Positions 8,746 through 17,844 of a stretch of 64,000 nucleotides of DNA are shown here, piece by piece. Source of the stretch: Bacteroidota bacterium (lineage in GTDB: Bacteria > Bacteroidota > Ignavibacteria > UBA10030). The notes under the pieces were generated by a model. The model ran no database searches, was not told the DNA's origin, and saw only the letters and a list, made by a program, of their open reading frames with translations. Each line of letters starts with the position of its first letter. The first letter of the stretch is position 1. The stretch is taken from assembly GCA_026416125.1 (NCBI GenBank), contig JAOAFT010000007.1, positions 27,468 through 91,467 on the forward strand, written 5' to 3'. The position numbers and the translations under genes are program-made.

Positions 8746-10118
8746 ATTGGTTTTTTGATCGGAGGGCAAGTTGGCCTAAGTGGGAAAAATTGATTGACTC
8801 AGCCAGGATTCGAAGAGCCTCTTCAGGTGCGTGGAAACCGGTTGAATTTTCGGCTTCTACAAAATCTAAGTAGAATTGGGCTTTGCGTTGATACCACCGT
8901 GCTTTGTTGAGTTGTTCAACAGAAATCTCAGATTTCTGAGCTTTCGAGAGTTCATTGATAAGATCAACAAGTGCATCCATTGCAAGGTTACGCATTTTGA
9001 ATGTTCTTTCTTGAATTGTTTTAACGCGTGCTTTCAATTCCTCCTCACTCCAATGATGACAGATTTGACATGATCGATTGATGTTGAGGAGAGGGCTTCG
9101 AATGTGATGATCACTTATCTTCATAGCTCCAACGCGTTTATGAGGCATGTGACAATCTGCACATGCAACTCCGGAACGCGCGTGAATACCCATGTTCCAA
9201 AGCTCAAATTCTGGGTGTTGTGCTTTTAAGAGTTCGGTACCTGTTTCTTTATGAATCCAGTCTTTTACAGCATACTCATCGTAGTAGCGCATGATACTAC
9301 CGATCAGAAGTCCTTTCGCCCATGGATAAGTCAATCGTTTTTCTTGCCCTCTGAAATAGTACTCAACGTGACATTGTGCGCAAACAAACGATCGAAGTTC
9401 CTGACGCGTAGCCATGGTATTGACATCAAAATTTTTAATTCCTTGGATCGCTTTGAGTGAACGAATACCTTCAATGAAAGCTGGTCGTGTAATGCGAAGT
9501 TGCATTGTATTCGGATCGTGACAATCAATGCAAGTGATAGGGCGTTGAACGTACTTCCGTGCTTCTGTAAATGGCATTTGGTTCATTCGTTCAAATCCAC
9601 GAAAGAGGTCATTCTTCCCAAGGATTGTATAGGGGACGTACACAGAAGCATGGCAGTGGAGACATGTTCCTGGTTGTTTGACAACAAGTTGTCGCTTGGT
9701 ATATGTTTGATCATCTAACATGTAGTCGTGACCTCGATCTTCACGGTAGTCAATTGCAAATGGGTACCCTGCCCACATTAGCTTAAGTCGTAGGTCTTCT
9801 TCCAATCGAGATTGTGCAGTGGTAGATCGCGGGTCGACATTCGTAGGGGTCCGCGGTAATGCTTCGCTCCCACCATACTTTGTACGAACCTGATCAACAG
9901 TGCGACGGTAATCGTCGTAATGTTGAGGAAAGTTCTTTCCCCAAAGCTCTGGATCTTCAGTTGTGTCAGTCAGGTCGACAACACGGTAGAAAGGATTCCG
10001 CGATTCCTGTTTCCGTTCAAATATTGTTACGATGAAGTAAGTAAGAATAAATGAATGCTGTTACAATGACGATAAGGAACGAAGTCCAGAGAGAAAAAGG
10101 GGATAATAATTTTTTCAT
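8744..10118 (-). pseudogene. nrfA: Ammonia-forming cytochrome c nitrite reductase catalytic subunit, frameshifted near 10050 (pseudogene or sequence error)
   Basis: Five CxxCH motifs and KAQHPEFE in ORF 8744..9805; the same frame runs upstream as IFERKQESRNPFYRVVDLTDTTEDPELWGKNFP; the ATG with GGGAGG RBS at 10118 is in another frame that stops after 33 codons. Confidence 0.88.
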
Positions 10119-10142
10119 ATCAGCCTCCCACTGTTATTAATA

Positions 10143-10589
10143 TTAATGACCGACCGTTGAATGACATTGTACACATGAAAGCGTCGTGGTATTGTTCTGA
10201 GTGTGTTCGAGAGCTTCTACAATGTCACCATGACAGTGACGACAAGCCCGCTCTAAAATGTTTTTCGTACGTTTGCGTGCAAGAATATTGTCTTGATAAG
10301 CTTCTGTTGTGAAGTACCACGAGTGCCAGAATCCATTTACAGCTTTTGTATAGTATTTCGATACGAATGTAGGGGGTGTATGGCAGTCATTACACACAGC
10401 AACGTGTCGGTGACTTCCTTTTAACCAAACGCTAAACTGAGAAGACATGCTATGACAATTTGCACAGGCCTCAGGGGAATCTGTGAAGTACATGTATCCA
10501 CGAGCGTAGATAAATGTGTATATGCCAATCCCACCAGTTAGTCCAACTGCAACAAGAAAAAGAACAACGCTTGGATTGTGCATACGCAA
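10143..10589 (-). CDS. nrfH: Cytochrome c nitrite reductase small subunit (tetraheme, NapC/NirT family)
   Basis: N-terminal TM helix, YARGYMYFTDSPEACANCH, CNDCH, CRHCH, CVQCHSTVGH; AAGGGAG RBS before TTG 10589 / ATG 10583. Confidence 0.93.
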   Translation of the reverse strand: MRMHNPSVVLFLVAVGLTGGIGIYTFIYARGYMYFTDSPEACANCHSMSSQFSVWLKGSHRHVAVCNDCHTPPTFVSKYYTKAVNGFWHSWYFTTEAYQDNILARKRTKNILERACRHCHGDIVEALEHTQNNTTTLSCVQCHSTVGH

Positions 10590-10630
10590 TGTTCTATCTC
10601 CCTTCTTGTTTACTAGTTTGTTGATTAAAT

Positions 10631-11545
10631 TCAAATTTTTGTGAGCGGGAGAATGTTCGCAAATGTAGCTTCAATTTCAGTATCAGTTGTTCCAAGTACA
10701 ACATCTTTCCAGAGATACCAGGTTTCAGTGTGCGAGACAGTTGCCTGTGGTTTTAATGCGACGAGTGGGCCAAGACTCTCCACTTCGAGCATACGGTGGT
10801 TTGTAAACAATTCAGCATTACACCCAAAGTCAGGATATTGAGCATCGGCAAAGCAAGGAAATAGTTTTAAGAAGAGGTGACCGTTATTGTAGTATGCAGC
10901 CCATCCTTGAGATATGCGAGCACCAACTTTTTGGGGTGCATGGAGAGTAGTGTCTTGACGGAGTTGTATGAATCGTGATCCCCAGGTCCAACGTTTATCT
11001 TGCATGTCTGTGTAACTCCAAAGTACAAGAGGACGGACCGGGAGAACACGTTGCGGGTGAGGGATAAATGGTTCCTGTGGAATAATAGCTCGTCCACCGG
11101 GTGCCATGACTGTAATTGCCCAGGGTGCAAGTACTCGTTCATACTCTCCAACATTCGTGATGGTGTGAATAACTTGAACCCGATTACGAGTTGAATCTAT
11201 TGAAAGTGTGATACTTTTTTGAAGTTTTGTTCTCGTTTCTGGTTGTGCTGTGCATGTTAGTAAGTTTGCATCCAGAGTCCAGGAAACTGGATTATTGTCA
11301 GGATGATTAGTCCATCCTTCTACTTCTGGTGCAACCCATAAACGATGTCCACCGTATGAGTGATAATTTCCATCATTCCGTAATGCTACGTGTTCTGGGT
11401 ACTCCTGGAATTCATTCCGATCCTCGATGAAACCAAAACGAATAATTCGAGGACCAACATCGAGGGTAATAATAAGTTCTATTTCGGTATTAGCAAGTCT
11501 CAAGCAGTGGTCCCATTGGTTATATGAACAGAGGGTATGTACCAT
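10631..11545 (-). CDS. Conserved hypothetical protein, galactose-mutarotase-like fold (DUF4380-like)
   Basis: DVGPRII, YGGHRLWVAPE, YPDFGCNAE, MLEVESLGPL; AAGGAGG RBS before ATG 11545. Confidence 0.65.
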   Translation of the reverse strand: MVHTLCSYNQWDHCLRLANTEIELIITLDVGPRIIRFGFIEDRNEFQEYPEHVALRNDGNYHSYGGHRLWVAPEVEGWTNHPDNNPVSWTLDANLLTCTAQPETRTKLQKSITLSIDSTRNRVQVIHTITNVGEYERVLAPWAITVMAPGGRAIIPQEPFIPHPQRVLPVRPLVLWSYTDMQDKRWTWGSRFIQLRQDTTLHAPQKVGARISQGWAAYYNNGHLFLKLFPCFADAQYPDFGCNAELFTNHRMLEVESLGPLVALKPQATVSHTETWYLWKDVVLGTTDTEIEATFANILPLTKI

Positions 11546-11596
11546 TGAGATAGCCTCCTTGAATAGGAAAGGCAAGTTTTGTTTGCTTGCCCGTAG

Positions 11597-13477
11597 TTAT
11601 TTTTTCATTGTTGTAAGAATTCTTTCCATTTCGTCGATAATGCGATTCATTTTTATCATTGTAAGTTCAAATGGTTCTGATGTTGTCATGTCGATACCAG
11701 CCTTTTTTAAGAGATTTATTGGATAGTCTGAACCACCGGAGGAAAGAAATTCAAGGTATTTCTGAGTAGATTGGTGATCACCAGCAAGAGTGCGTTCAGA
11801 AAGCGCCGCTGAAGCTGTGAATGCAGTGGCGTATTGGTACACATAGAAGTTATAGTAGAAATGCGGTATGAACATCCACTCAGCTTGAATAATGTCATCG
11901 ACAATACAAATACCAAGATCGTGTCCATAATACTTCCGAGTGATGTCGAGGTACAATTGATTGAGTACATCACCGGTTAGTGGTTGACCATTCTCGACCA
12001 TCTCATGAATTTTTAATTCAAACTCGGCAAATTGTGTCTGTCGGAAAACAGTTCCTTTAATATTTTCAAGGTAACTTCCAAGAAGGGAGAGACGGGTTGT
12101 GTTATCGCTAATTGTCTTTAACATGTACTCAATAAGTAAGGCTTCATTGAAAGTTGAAGCAACTTCAGCAACGAAGATCGGGTACTGAGCAAGTGGGTAG
12201 GGTTGCGTTGTGTTCGAAAGATAACTATGCATGGTATGACCAAGCTCATGGGCAAGTGTACTTACATCGTCATACTTTCCGTTGTAGTTCATGAGAATAT
12301 ATGGATGAACATCGTATGCAGAACCGTTCGAGTAAGCACCTGAGCGTTTCCCTTCATTAGGGAATACATCAATCCATCGTTCGTTGAATGCTCGCTGAAC
12401 TACTGCAACGTAATTTTCCCCAAGAGGTTGGAGTGATTTGAGAATGATTGTTTGTGCTTCTTCGTATGAGTAATGGAGATCGGCTTCTTTAACGAGGGGT
12501 GCATAGAGATCGTAATAGTGGAGTTGCTCAACGCCGAGAAGCCGTTGCCGTAACTTAAGGTAGCGGTGGAACGTTGGAAGATGTTTGTTCACATTCTCTA
12601 TGAGTGTTGTGTATACCTTTGTTGGAATGTTGTTTGCGTCGAGGGCACTCTCGAGGCATGATGAGTACTTACGGACGTTTCGGTAAAAAAGATCGCGTTT
12701 AATCTGTGCATTGAGTTGTGTACCGTAGGTTCTCCGGAATTCGTTGAGCTTTCCAAAAAAAGCATTGAACACCTTAATGCGATCATCTCTATTCGGTGAA
12801 GCTCGATGTAAACTGTACCCTGCATGGTCAAGTTTTACTGTTCTACCATCGCTGAGTGTAATTTGAGGGTAAGGGAAGTCGGCATTAGCAAAGATGCTGT
12901 GGATTGTTTCTGGCGCATCAGCCATCAAACTAGCTTCGGCAATAATGCGCTCCTCTCCTTCAGTTCCTGTATGTGCTTTTCTACGGAGAATGTCTCGGAG
13001 GTAGTGTTTGTATATTCCCAGCTTAGGTTCATCGCGGATGAACTGTTCAATACGAGCTGAATCAATTCTGAGAATCTCTGGTTCAATGAATGATGCACGG
13101 GCACTGAATTCAGATCCAATCTGACTCATTTCTGATTGCATCGCTAAGTATTTTTGTACTCGTGTATCTTGGTCAAGGCTCATTGATGCATATGAGTAAA
13201 GTCGCTCAAATTCTTTTGTAATACTTGAAACGAAGTGTAAACAATCGTAGAGTTGTTGTGCAGAAGTGCCTAGTGTTCCAGCAAACTTTGATATTTCAGG
13301 AATTTGACCCTTTACTACATCTTTTGCCTTTGTCCACTCTTCATCAGATGTATAAAGGTCCGTTAAATTCCACTTGTACTTCTCTGGTATTTTTGCTCTG
13401 TCTCGTTCTTGGGAACTTGCAGATGTTGATGTGGTAAGGGCAATACCAATTAAGGTCCATTTGAAAAATGTATTCAT
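11597..13477 (-). CDS. pepF: Oligoendopeptidase F (M3B) with N-terminal signal peptide
   Basis: KWNLTDLY, GKRSGAYS, HPYILMN, TLAHELGHTMHS, AEVAST, YVYQYAT. Confidence 0.93.
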   Translation of the reverse strand: MNTFFKWTLIGIALTTSTSASSQERDRAKIPEKYKWNLTDLYTSDEEWTKAKDVVKGQIPEISKFAGTLGTSAQQLYDCLHFVSSITKEFERLYSYASMSLDQDTRVQKYLAMQSEMSQIGSEFSARASFIEPEILRIDSARIEQFIRDEPKLGIYKHYLRDILRRKAHTGTEGEERIIAEASLMADAPETIHSIFANADFPYPQITLSDGRTVKLDHAGYSLHRASPNRDDRIKVFNAFFGKLNEFRRTYGTQLNAQIKRDLFYRNVRKYSSCLESALDANNIPTKVYTTLIENVNKHLPTFHRYLKLRQRLLGVEQLHYYDLYAPLVKEADLHYSYEEAQTIILKSLQPLGENYVAVVQRAFNERWIDVFPNEGKRSGAYSNGSAYDVHPYILMNYNGKYDDVSTLAHELGHTMHSYLSNTTQPYPLAQYPIFVAEVASTFNEALLIEYMLKTISDNTTRLSLLGSYLENIKGTVFRQTQFAEFELKIHEMVENGQPLTGDVLNQLYLDITRKYYGHDLGICIVDDIIQAEWMFIPHFYYNFYVYQYATAFTASAALSERTLAGDHQSTQKYLEFLSSGGSDYPINLLKKAGIDMTTSEPFELTMIKMNRIIDEMERILTTMKK

Positions 13478-13602
13478 ATCTTCACCGTTTGTGCCGTAGT
13501 ACATACATGGTTCCACTGTGTTTAATATCATCACACTCGTTTGTGTGAATGAATATCGTTGTTTTTCACTTTAAATGCTAAAAGTAGATAGATGGAGAGA
13601 GT

Positions 13603-14610
13603 TTATCGTTGTCGTCCACGTTCGGGTGTTCGATGCTGCTCTTGGTGTTTGCGTTCTTCTAGAGATCGACGACCTGGAGGAGGGATTGTTCGTGATCGTT
13701 CGTAACGTTCTATAAGCTCAAGCCGTCGTTCCCGTGGTGCCTGAGGTTGTCCAGGGGTTACATTGGGAGATTGTTCTTGGTGGTTATGGTAAATACGCCT
13801 TAAAGGTCGTCGTTCCGTACGATTTCGTTGCTGTTGGGCAAACATTTGCGAGTGTTCGAGGGGTGAAGATTCATTGATTTCCTCTTGGCTATCATCAGTT
13901 CCATTGGTGAAGTGATTGATGTTCTGTTGAACACCGAAAGTACGCCACTGTGTCTTTGTATGGCGGATAGATTTGTTTGTTTCTTGCAAAGTATAGCTTG
14001 GTGTGAAGGGTGAAGTATGAATATTGTGAAGACCTTTGTGAAATGGACGTTCGACTGATTGGCTTTTTTCGTAAATTTCCTGCACTTCATTAGCATTAAA
14101 ATCGCAAGAACGGAATCTATTGTAGAAATGATTGTGTCGAACAAATACCCATATAGAATGCGAGGGAATGAGTACCATGTGATGTACATCCACGACACTG
14201 TGTGTTGGTTGAAGTGGTGCCCATCCAATGAAATCGCCGTACACTCGCCACTCGACCCAAGCAGGACCCCATTCTGTATCTGGTATCCAGATCCAGCCGT
14301 GAATTGGATCGAAGTACCAACGCCCATAATGGTAAACAATCCATCCGAAAGGTTCGTCAGATTCCCAATACCATCCCCAGTGTGTCCATATCCAACGTCC
14401 TTCAGTATAGGGACGCCAACCTCTATGAACAAGTATCGGTTTCCACACGATGTGTTCTCCGGGTAATACAATCCACTGACCATAGGGTTGTAACGCAACA
14501 CGAAATGTTGTGTGGAGGCGAGGGTGAGTTGCTGAGCTTTTTATAGGAAGTAAGACAGTAACAAGGAGGAGAGTGAGTACTATAACCTTTTTGATTTTTG
14601 GGGGGATCAT
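13603..14610 (-). CDS. Exported Trp-rich protein (DUF6600-like) with Arg-rich disordered tail
   Basis: LQPYGQW, WRPYTEGRW, GWYWESDEPFGWIVYHYGRW, WGPAWVEWR, IGWAPL; AAAGGA before ATG 14610 followed by a signal peptide. Confidence 0.75.
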   Translation of the reverse strand: MIPPKIKKVIVLTLLLVTVLLPIKSSATHPRLHTTFRVALQPYGQWIVLPGEHIVWKPILVHRGWRPYTEGRWIWTHWGWYWESDEPFGWIVYHYGRWYFDPIHGWIWIPDTEWGPAWVEWRVYGDFIGWAPLQPTHSVVDVHHMVLIPSHSIWVFVRHNHFYNRFRSCDFNANEVQEIYEKSQSVERPFHKGLHNIHTSPFTPSYTLQETNKSIRHTKTQWRTFGVQQNINHFTNGTDDSQEEINESSPLEHSQMFAQQQRNRTERRPLRRIYHNHQEQSPNVTPGQPQAPRERRLELIERYERSRTIPPPGRRSLEERKHQEQHRTPERGRQR

Positions 14611-14804
14611 TGTAGTTGTCCTTTTCATCTTTATTATTCTCTTAGCAATCAATATGCCATTATTATTGATTGAATATTTACAGAAAAAGTATGATGGATT
14701 TACGATGGAATGTAGTCCACGCACTACAATGTGTTGAGTATGATATACACTTGCTGTTGCATCAATGTATAAAAATATCGATTTTACCAATTGAATTTTG
14801 AATG

Positions 14805-14905
14805 CGATGGCTTTTTCTAAAGAGGGGGCAAGAAGAAGCCATTCTCAGTGAGCGGTATGGTAGCCAACCTCGGTACATACCATCGATTTTGATTAATAAG
14901 GAGTT
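14805..14905 (+). ncRNA. Candidate cis-regulatory leader RNA (riboswitch-like) of the yhhQ-guaA operon
   Basis: 12-bp stem 14807-14818/14831-14842, second stem 14854-14859/14876-14881, complementary loops GAGG.GGC / GCC..CCTC; I do not recognise it as a known class. Confidence 0.4.
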
Positions 14906-14910
14906 AATGG

Positions 14911-15549
14911 ATGCGAAAAGCTGTAATTGTCATATCGGCGTATCTTGCAACGCAAATGTTGTCAAATATAACAAGCTTGAAAATTATACTCTTCTTTGGA
15001 TATTCAATGGATGCTGGGACCCTAATTTACCCGTTAACGTTCACCATTCGAGATCTTGTTCATAAATTACTTGGTAAAAAGGTAGCACAAACAGTGATCA
15101 TTGTTTCTGCTGTTGTGAATTTATGTATGGCAGTATTGCTTTGGACAGTGTCTATTATTCCAGGTGATCCAAGTGTTGGTCCACAAACAGCATTTGCAGA
15201 AGTACTCTCACCTGTATGGCGCTTAGTCTTTGCATCAATATTGGCTATGGTCCTTTCAGAGCTTGTTGATACTGAAGTGTATCATCAATGGGTTTGCAGA
15301 GTTGGTATGAAACATCAATGGGCTCGTGTTCTTGTAAGCAATTCTATTAGCATTCCTCTTGATAGTGTGTTGTTTGCATGGTTTGCGTTTGGTGGTGTAC
15401 ACAGTTCAGCTGTTGTGTGGGGAATAGTTATAAGTAATATCGGAGTGAAAGCAATTTCAACTTTTATCAGCATGCCGCTCATTTATACAGTACCAGAGAA
15501 GCGAGTTGAAATCGTAGAACACAGCACAATTATTCCAACAACTGCTTGA
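14911..15549 (+). CDS. yhhQ: Queuosine precursor transporter (YhhQ/VUT family)
   Basis: SNITSLK, DAGTLIYPLTFTIRDLV, RLVFASILA...SELVDTEVY, RVLVSNSISIPLDS; AAGGAG RBS. Confidence 0.85.
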   Translation: MRKAVIVISAYLATQMLSNITSLKIILFFGYSMDAGTLIYPLTFTIRDLVHKLLGKKVAQTVIIVSAVVNLCMAVLLWTVSIIPGDPSVGPQTAFAEVLSPVWRLVFASILAMVLSELVDTEVYHQWVCRVGMKHQWARVLVSNSISIPLDSVLFAWFAFGGVHSSAVVWGIVISNIGVKAISTFISMPLIYTVPEKRVEIVEHSTIIPTTA

Positions 15550-15561
15550 TAGTAAACAGCA

Positions 15562-17106
15562 ATGCGACACGGTGAAACAATACTTGTACTAGATTTTGGT
15601 TCGCAGTATACACAACTCATAGGTCGTAGAATTCGAGAGCTAGGGGTATATTCAGAAATCCATCCATATACTTATGCGATTGACAATATCAGGCGAATCA
15701 ATCCCATTGGTATTATTTTCTCGGGAGGTCCTTCTAGTGTGTATGAAGCTCAGGCACCAACACCAGATCCGAGAATTTTTGACCTTGGTATACCTATCCT
15801 CGGAATATGTTATGGGTTGCAGCTCATCGCTGCTCAGTTTGGCGGTGTGGTTGATGCTTCAGCTCGTCGAGAATACGGGAAGGCCGATTTGTTTATTGAC
15901 TCGTTTGAGGATCTTTTTGCCAACATTCAATCACCGACTACAGTATGGATGAGTCATGGGGATTCTTTACAGTCTTTACCACCTGGTTTTGAAGTAATAG
16001 CTCACACGGTAAATGCACCAATAGCAGCGATTCGAAACTCGGAGAGAACAGTCTTTGGTGTACAATTTCATCCGGAAGTTGTGCATACAAACTCTGGAAA
16101 AGAAATACTTGCGAACTTTGCGTTTCGGATTTGTAAAGCTAGTGGTCAATGGACACCACGTTCCTTTATCGAGGATGCCATTCAAAGCATTCGGGAAACA
16201 GTAGGATCATCGCATGTTCTCTGTGCTTTAAGCGGTGGTGTTGATTCCTCTGTGTTAGCAGTACTACTTTCACGAGCAATTGGCGAACAACTCCATTGCA
16301 TTCACATTAATAATGGCTTAATGCGCAAAAACGAAAGCGAGCAAGTGGTTGAAACGTTCCGGAATCACTTTCATATTCCATTAACGTACATCGATGCTAC
16401 TGAGAGGTTTCTCCATGAACTCAAGGGGGTAACCGATCCGGAACAGAAACGAAAGGTTATTGGTCGACTGTTCATTGAGGTATTTGAAGAAGAAGCAAAT
16501 AAACTCGTTGGGACTGTTGAATATCTAGCACAGGGTACTCTCTATCCTGATGTTATTGAATCTGTTTCGTTCAAAGGTCCATCGGTAACGATTAAGAGTC
16601 ACCATAACGTTGGGGGCTTACCCTCTACAATGAAGTTTAAATTAATCGAACCATTCCGTGAGTTGTTTAAGGATGAAGTACGAGCGATCGGAAGAGAATT
16701 AGGACTACCTGAAGAACTAATAGGGCGTCATCCGTTTCCAGGTCCTGGTTTAGCTGTGCGAATACTTGGGGAAGTCACAAAGGAAAAACTTGCACTCCTC
16801 CGCGAAGCCGATGCTATATTTGTTCAAGAACTTAAAAAGGCAAACCTCTATGATGAGATATGGCAAGCATTTGTTGTGTTGCTTCCTGTACGCTCAGTTG
16901 GTGTGATGGGTGATTGTCGGACATATCAAAATGCAGTTGTACTCCGTGCAGTTACGAGTGTCGATGGAATGACGGCTGACTGGGCACGAATTCCAAGCCA
17001 TGTTCTTGCAACAATTTCGAATCGAATTACAAATGAACTCAATGGAATTAATCGCGTTGTATATGATATAAGTTCAAAACCACCTGCTACCATTGAATGG
17101 GAGTGA
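15562..17106 (+). CDS. guaA: GMP synthase (glutamine-hydrolysing)
   Basis: [48 protein letters not shown]. Confidence 0.98.
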   Translation: MRHGETILVLDFGSQYTQLIGRRIRELGVYSEIHPYTYAIDNIRRINPIGIIFSGGPSSVYEAQAPTPDPRIFDLGIPILGICYGLQLIAAQFGGVVDASARREYGKADLFIDSFEDLFANIQSPTTVWMSHGDSLQSLPPGFEVIAHTVNAPIAAIRNSERTVFGVQFHPEVVHTNSGKEILANFAFRICKASGQWTPRSFIEDAIQSIRETVGSSHVLCALSGGVDSSVLAVLLSRAIGEQLHCIHINNGLMRKNESEQVVETFRNHFHIPLTYIDATERFLHELKGVTDPEQKRKVIGRLFIEVFEEEANKLVGTVEYLAQGTLYPDVIESVSFKGPSVTIKSHHNVGGLPSTMKFKLIEPFRELFKDEVRAIGRELGLPEELIGRHPFPGPGLAVRILGEVTKEKLALLREADAIFVQELKKANLYDEIWQAFVVLLPVRSVGVMGDCRTYQNAVVLRAVTSVDGMTADWARIPSHVLATISNRITNELNGINRVVYDISSKPPATIEWE

Positions 17107-17118
17107 TATGTTCAAACT

Positions 17119-17841
17119 ATGATTGAATTAAAAAATGTTGTAAAAAAATTTGGTTCGTTCACCGCTGTCGATAGTGTAACATTGACGGTGCATGCAGGAG
17201 AATTCTTTGGATTTTTAGGACCAAATGGTGCTGGAAAAACGACGACGATTAAGATGATTGTAGGTCTCTTTACCCCAACATCAGGGGAAATCCTTGTTAA
17301 CGGGTATAACATAGTTCATCAACCTATCGAGGCTAAAAAGACGCTTGCGTATATTCCAGATCAACCGTACTTGTACGACAAGCTTACAGGTCGTGAATTT
17401 TTATACTTTCTTGGTGGATTATTCAATGTTTCAAAGGAAGTACTCCGCATTCGCATCGAGGAGCTCATAGACCATTTCGAAATTGGGACATGGATAGATC
17501 GCAGGATTGAGGATTATTCTCAAGGAATGCGTCAACGTGTTGTGATTGCATCGGCGTTACTCCATAAACCAAAGACAATAGTTATTGATGAGCCAATGGT
17601 TGGCTTAGATCCACGGAGTGCAAAGATTGTACGAGAGACGTTGCGAGAACAAGCACGTCAGGGGTGTTCAATATTTATGTCAACCCATAGTTTACCGATT
17701 GCTGAAGAACTCTGTGATCGAATTGGAGTCATTCATCATGGTAAACTTATTTTCCATGGGACGCGGATGGAAATGCTAAGGAGTGATGGTATAGAGAAAC
17801 GATCGCTTGAAGAAGTGTTTTTACAACTAACCCAGGAATAA
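17119..17841 (+). CDS. ABC transporter ATP-binding protein
   Basis: GPNGAGKTT, YSQGMRQR, IDEPMVGLDP. Confidence 0.93.
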   Translation: MIELKNVVKKFGSFTAVDSVTLTVHAGEFFGFLGPNGAGKTTTIKMIVGLFTPTSGEILVNGYNIVHQPIEAKKTLAYIPDQPYLYDKLTGREFLYFLGGLFNVSKEVLRIRIEELIDHFEIGTWIDRRIEDYSQGMRQRVVIASALLHKPKTIVIDEPMVGLDPRSAKIVRETLREQARQGCSIFMSTHSLPIAEELCDRIGVIHHGKLIFHGTRMEMLRSDGIEKRSLEEVFLQLTQE

Positions 17842-17844
17842 AGA

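Noticed and set aside
13800-14501. 233-aa alternative-frame ORF inside the DUF6600-like gene
   Set aside because: No recognisable motifs or RBS; the main frame carries the family signature
14802-15065. 87-aa ORF spanning the yhhQ leader (possible leader peptide)
   Set aside because: No RBS, overlaps yhhQ out of frame, no informative composition; the RNA structure explains the region better
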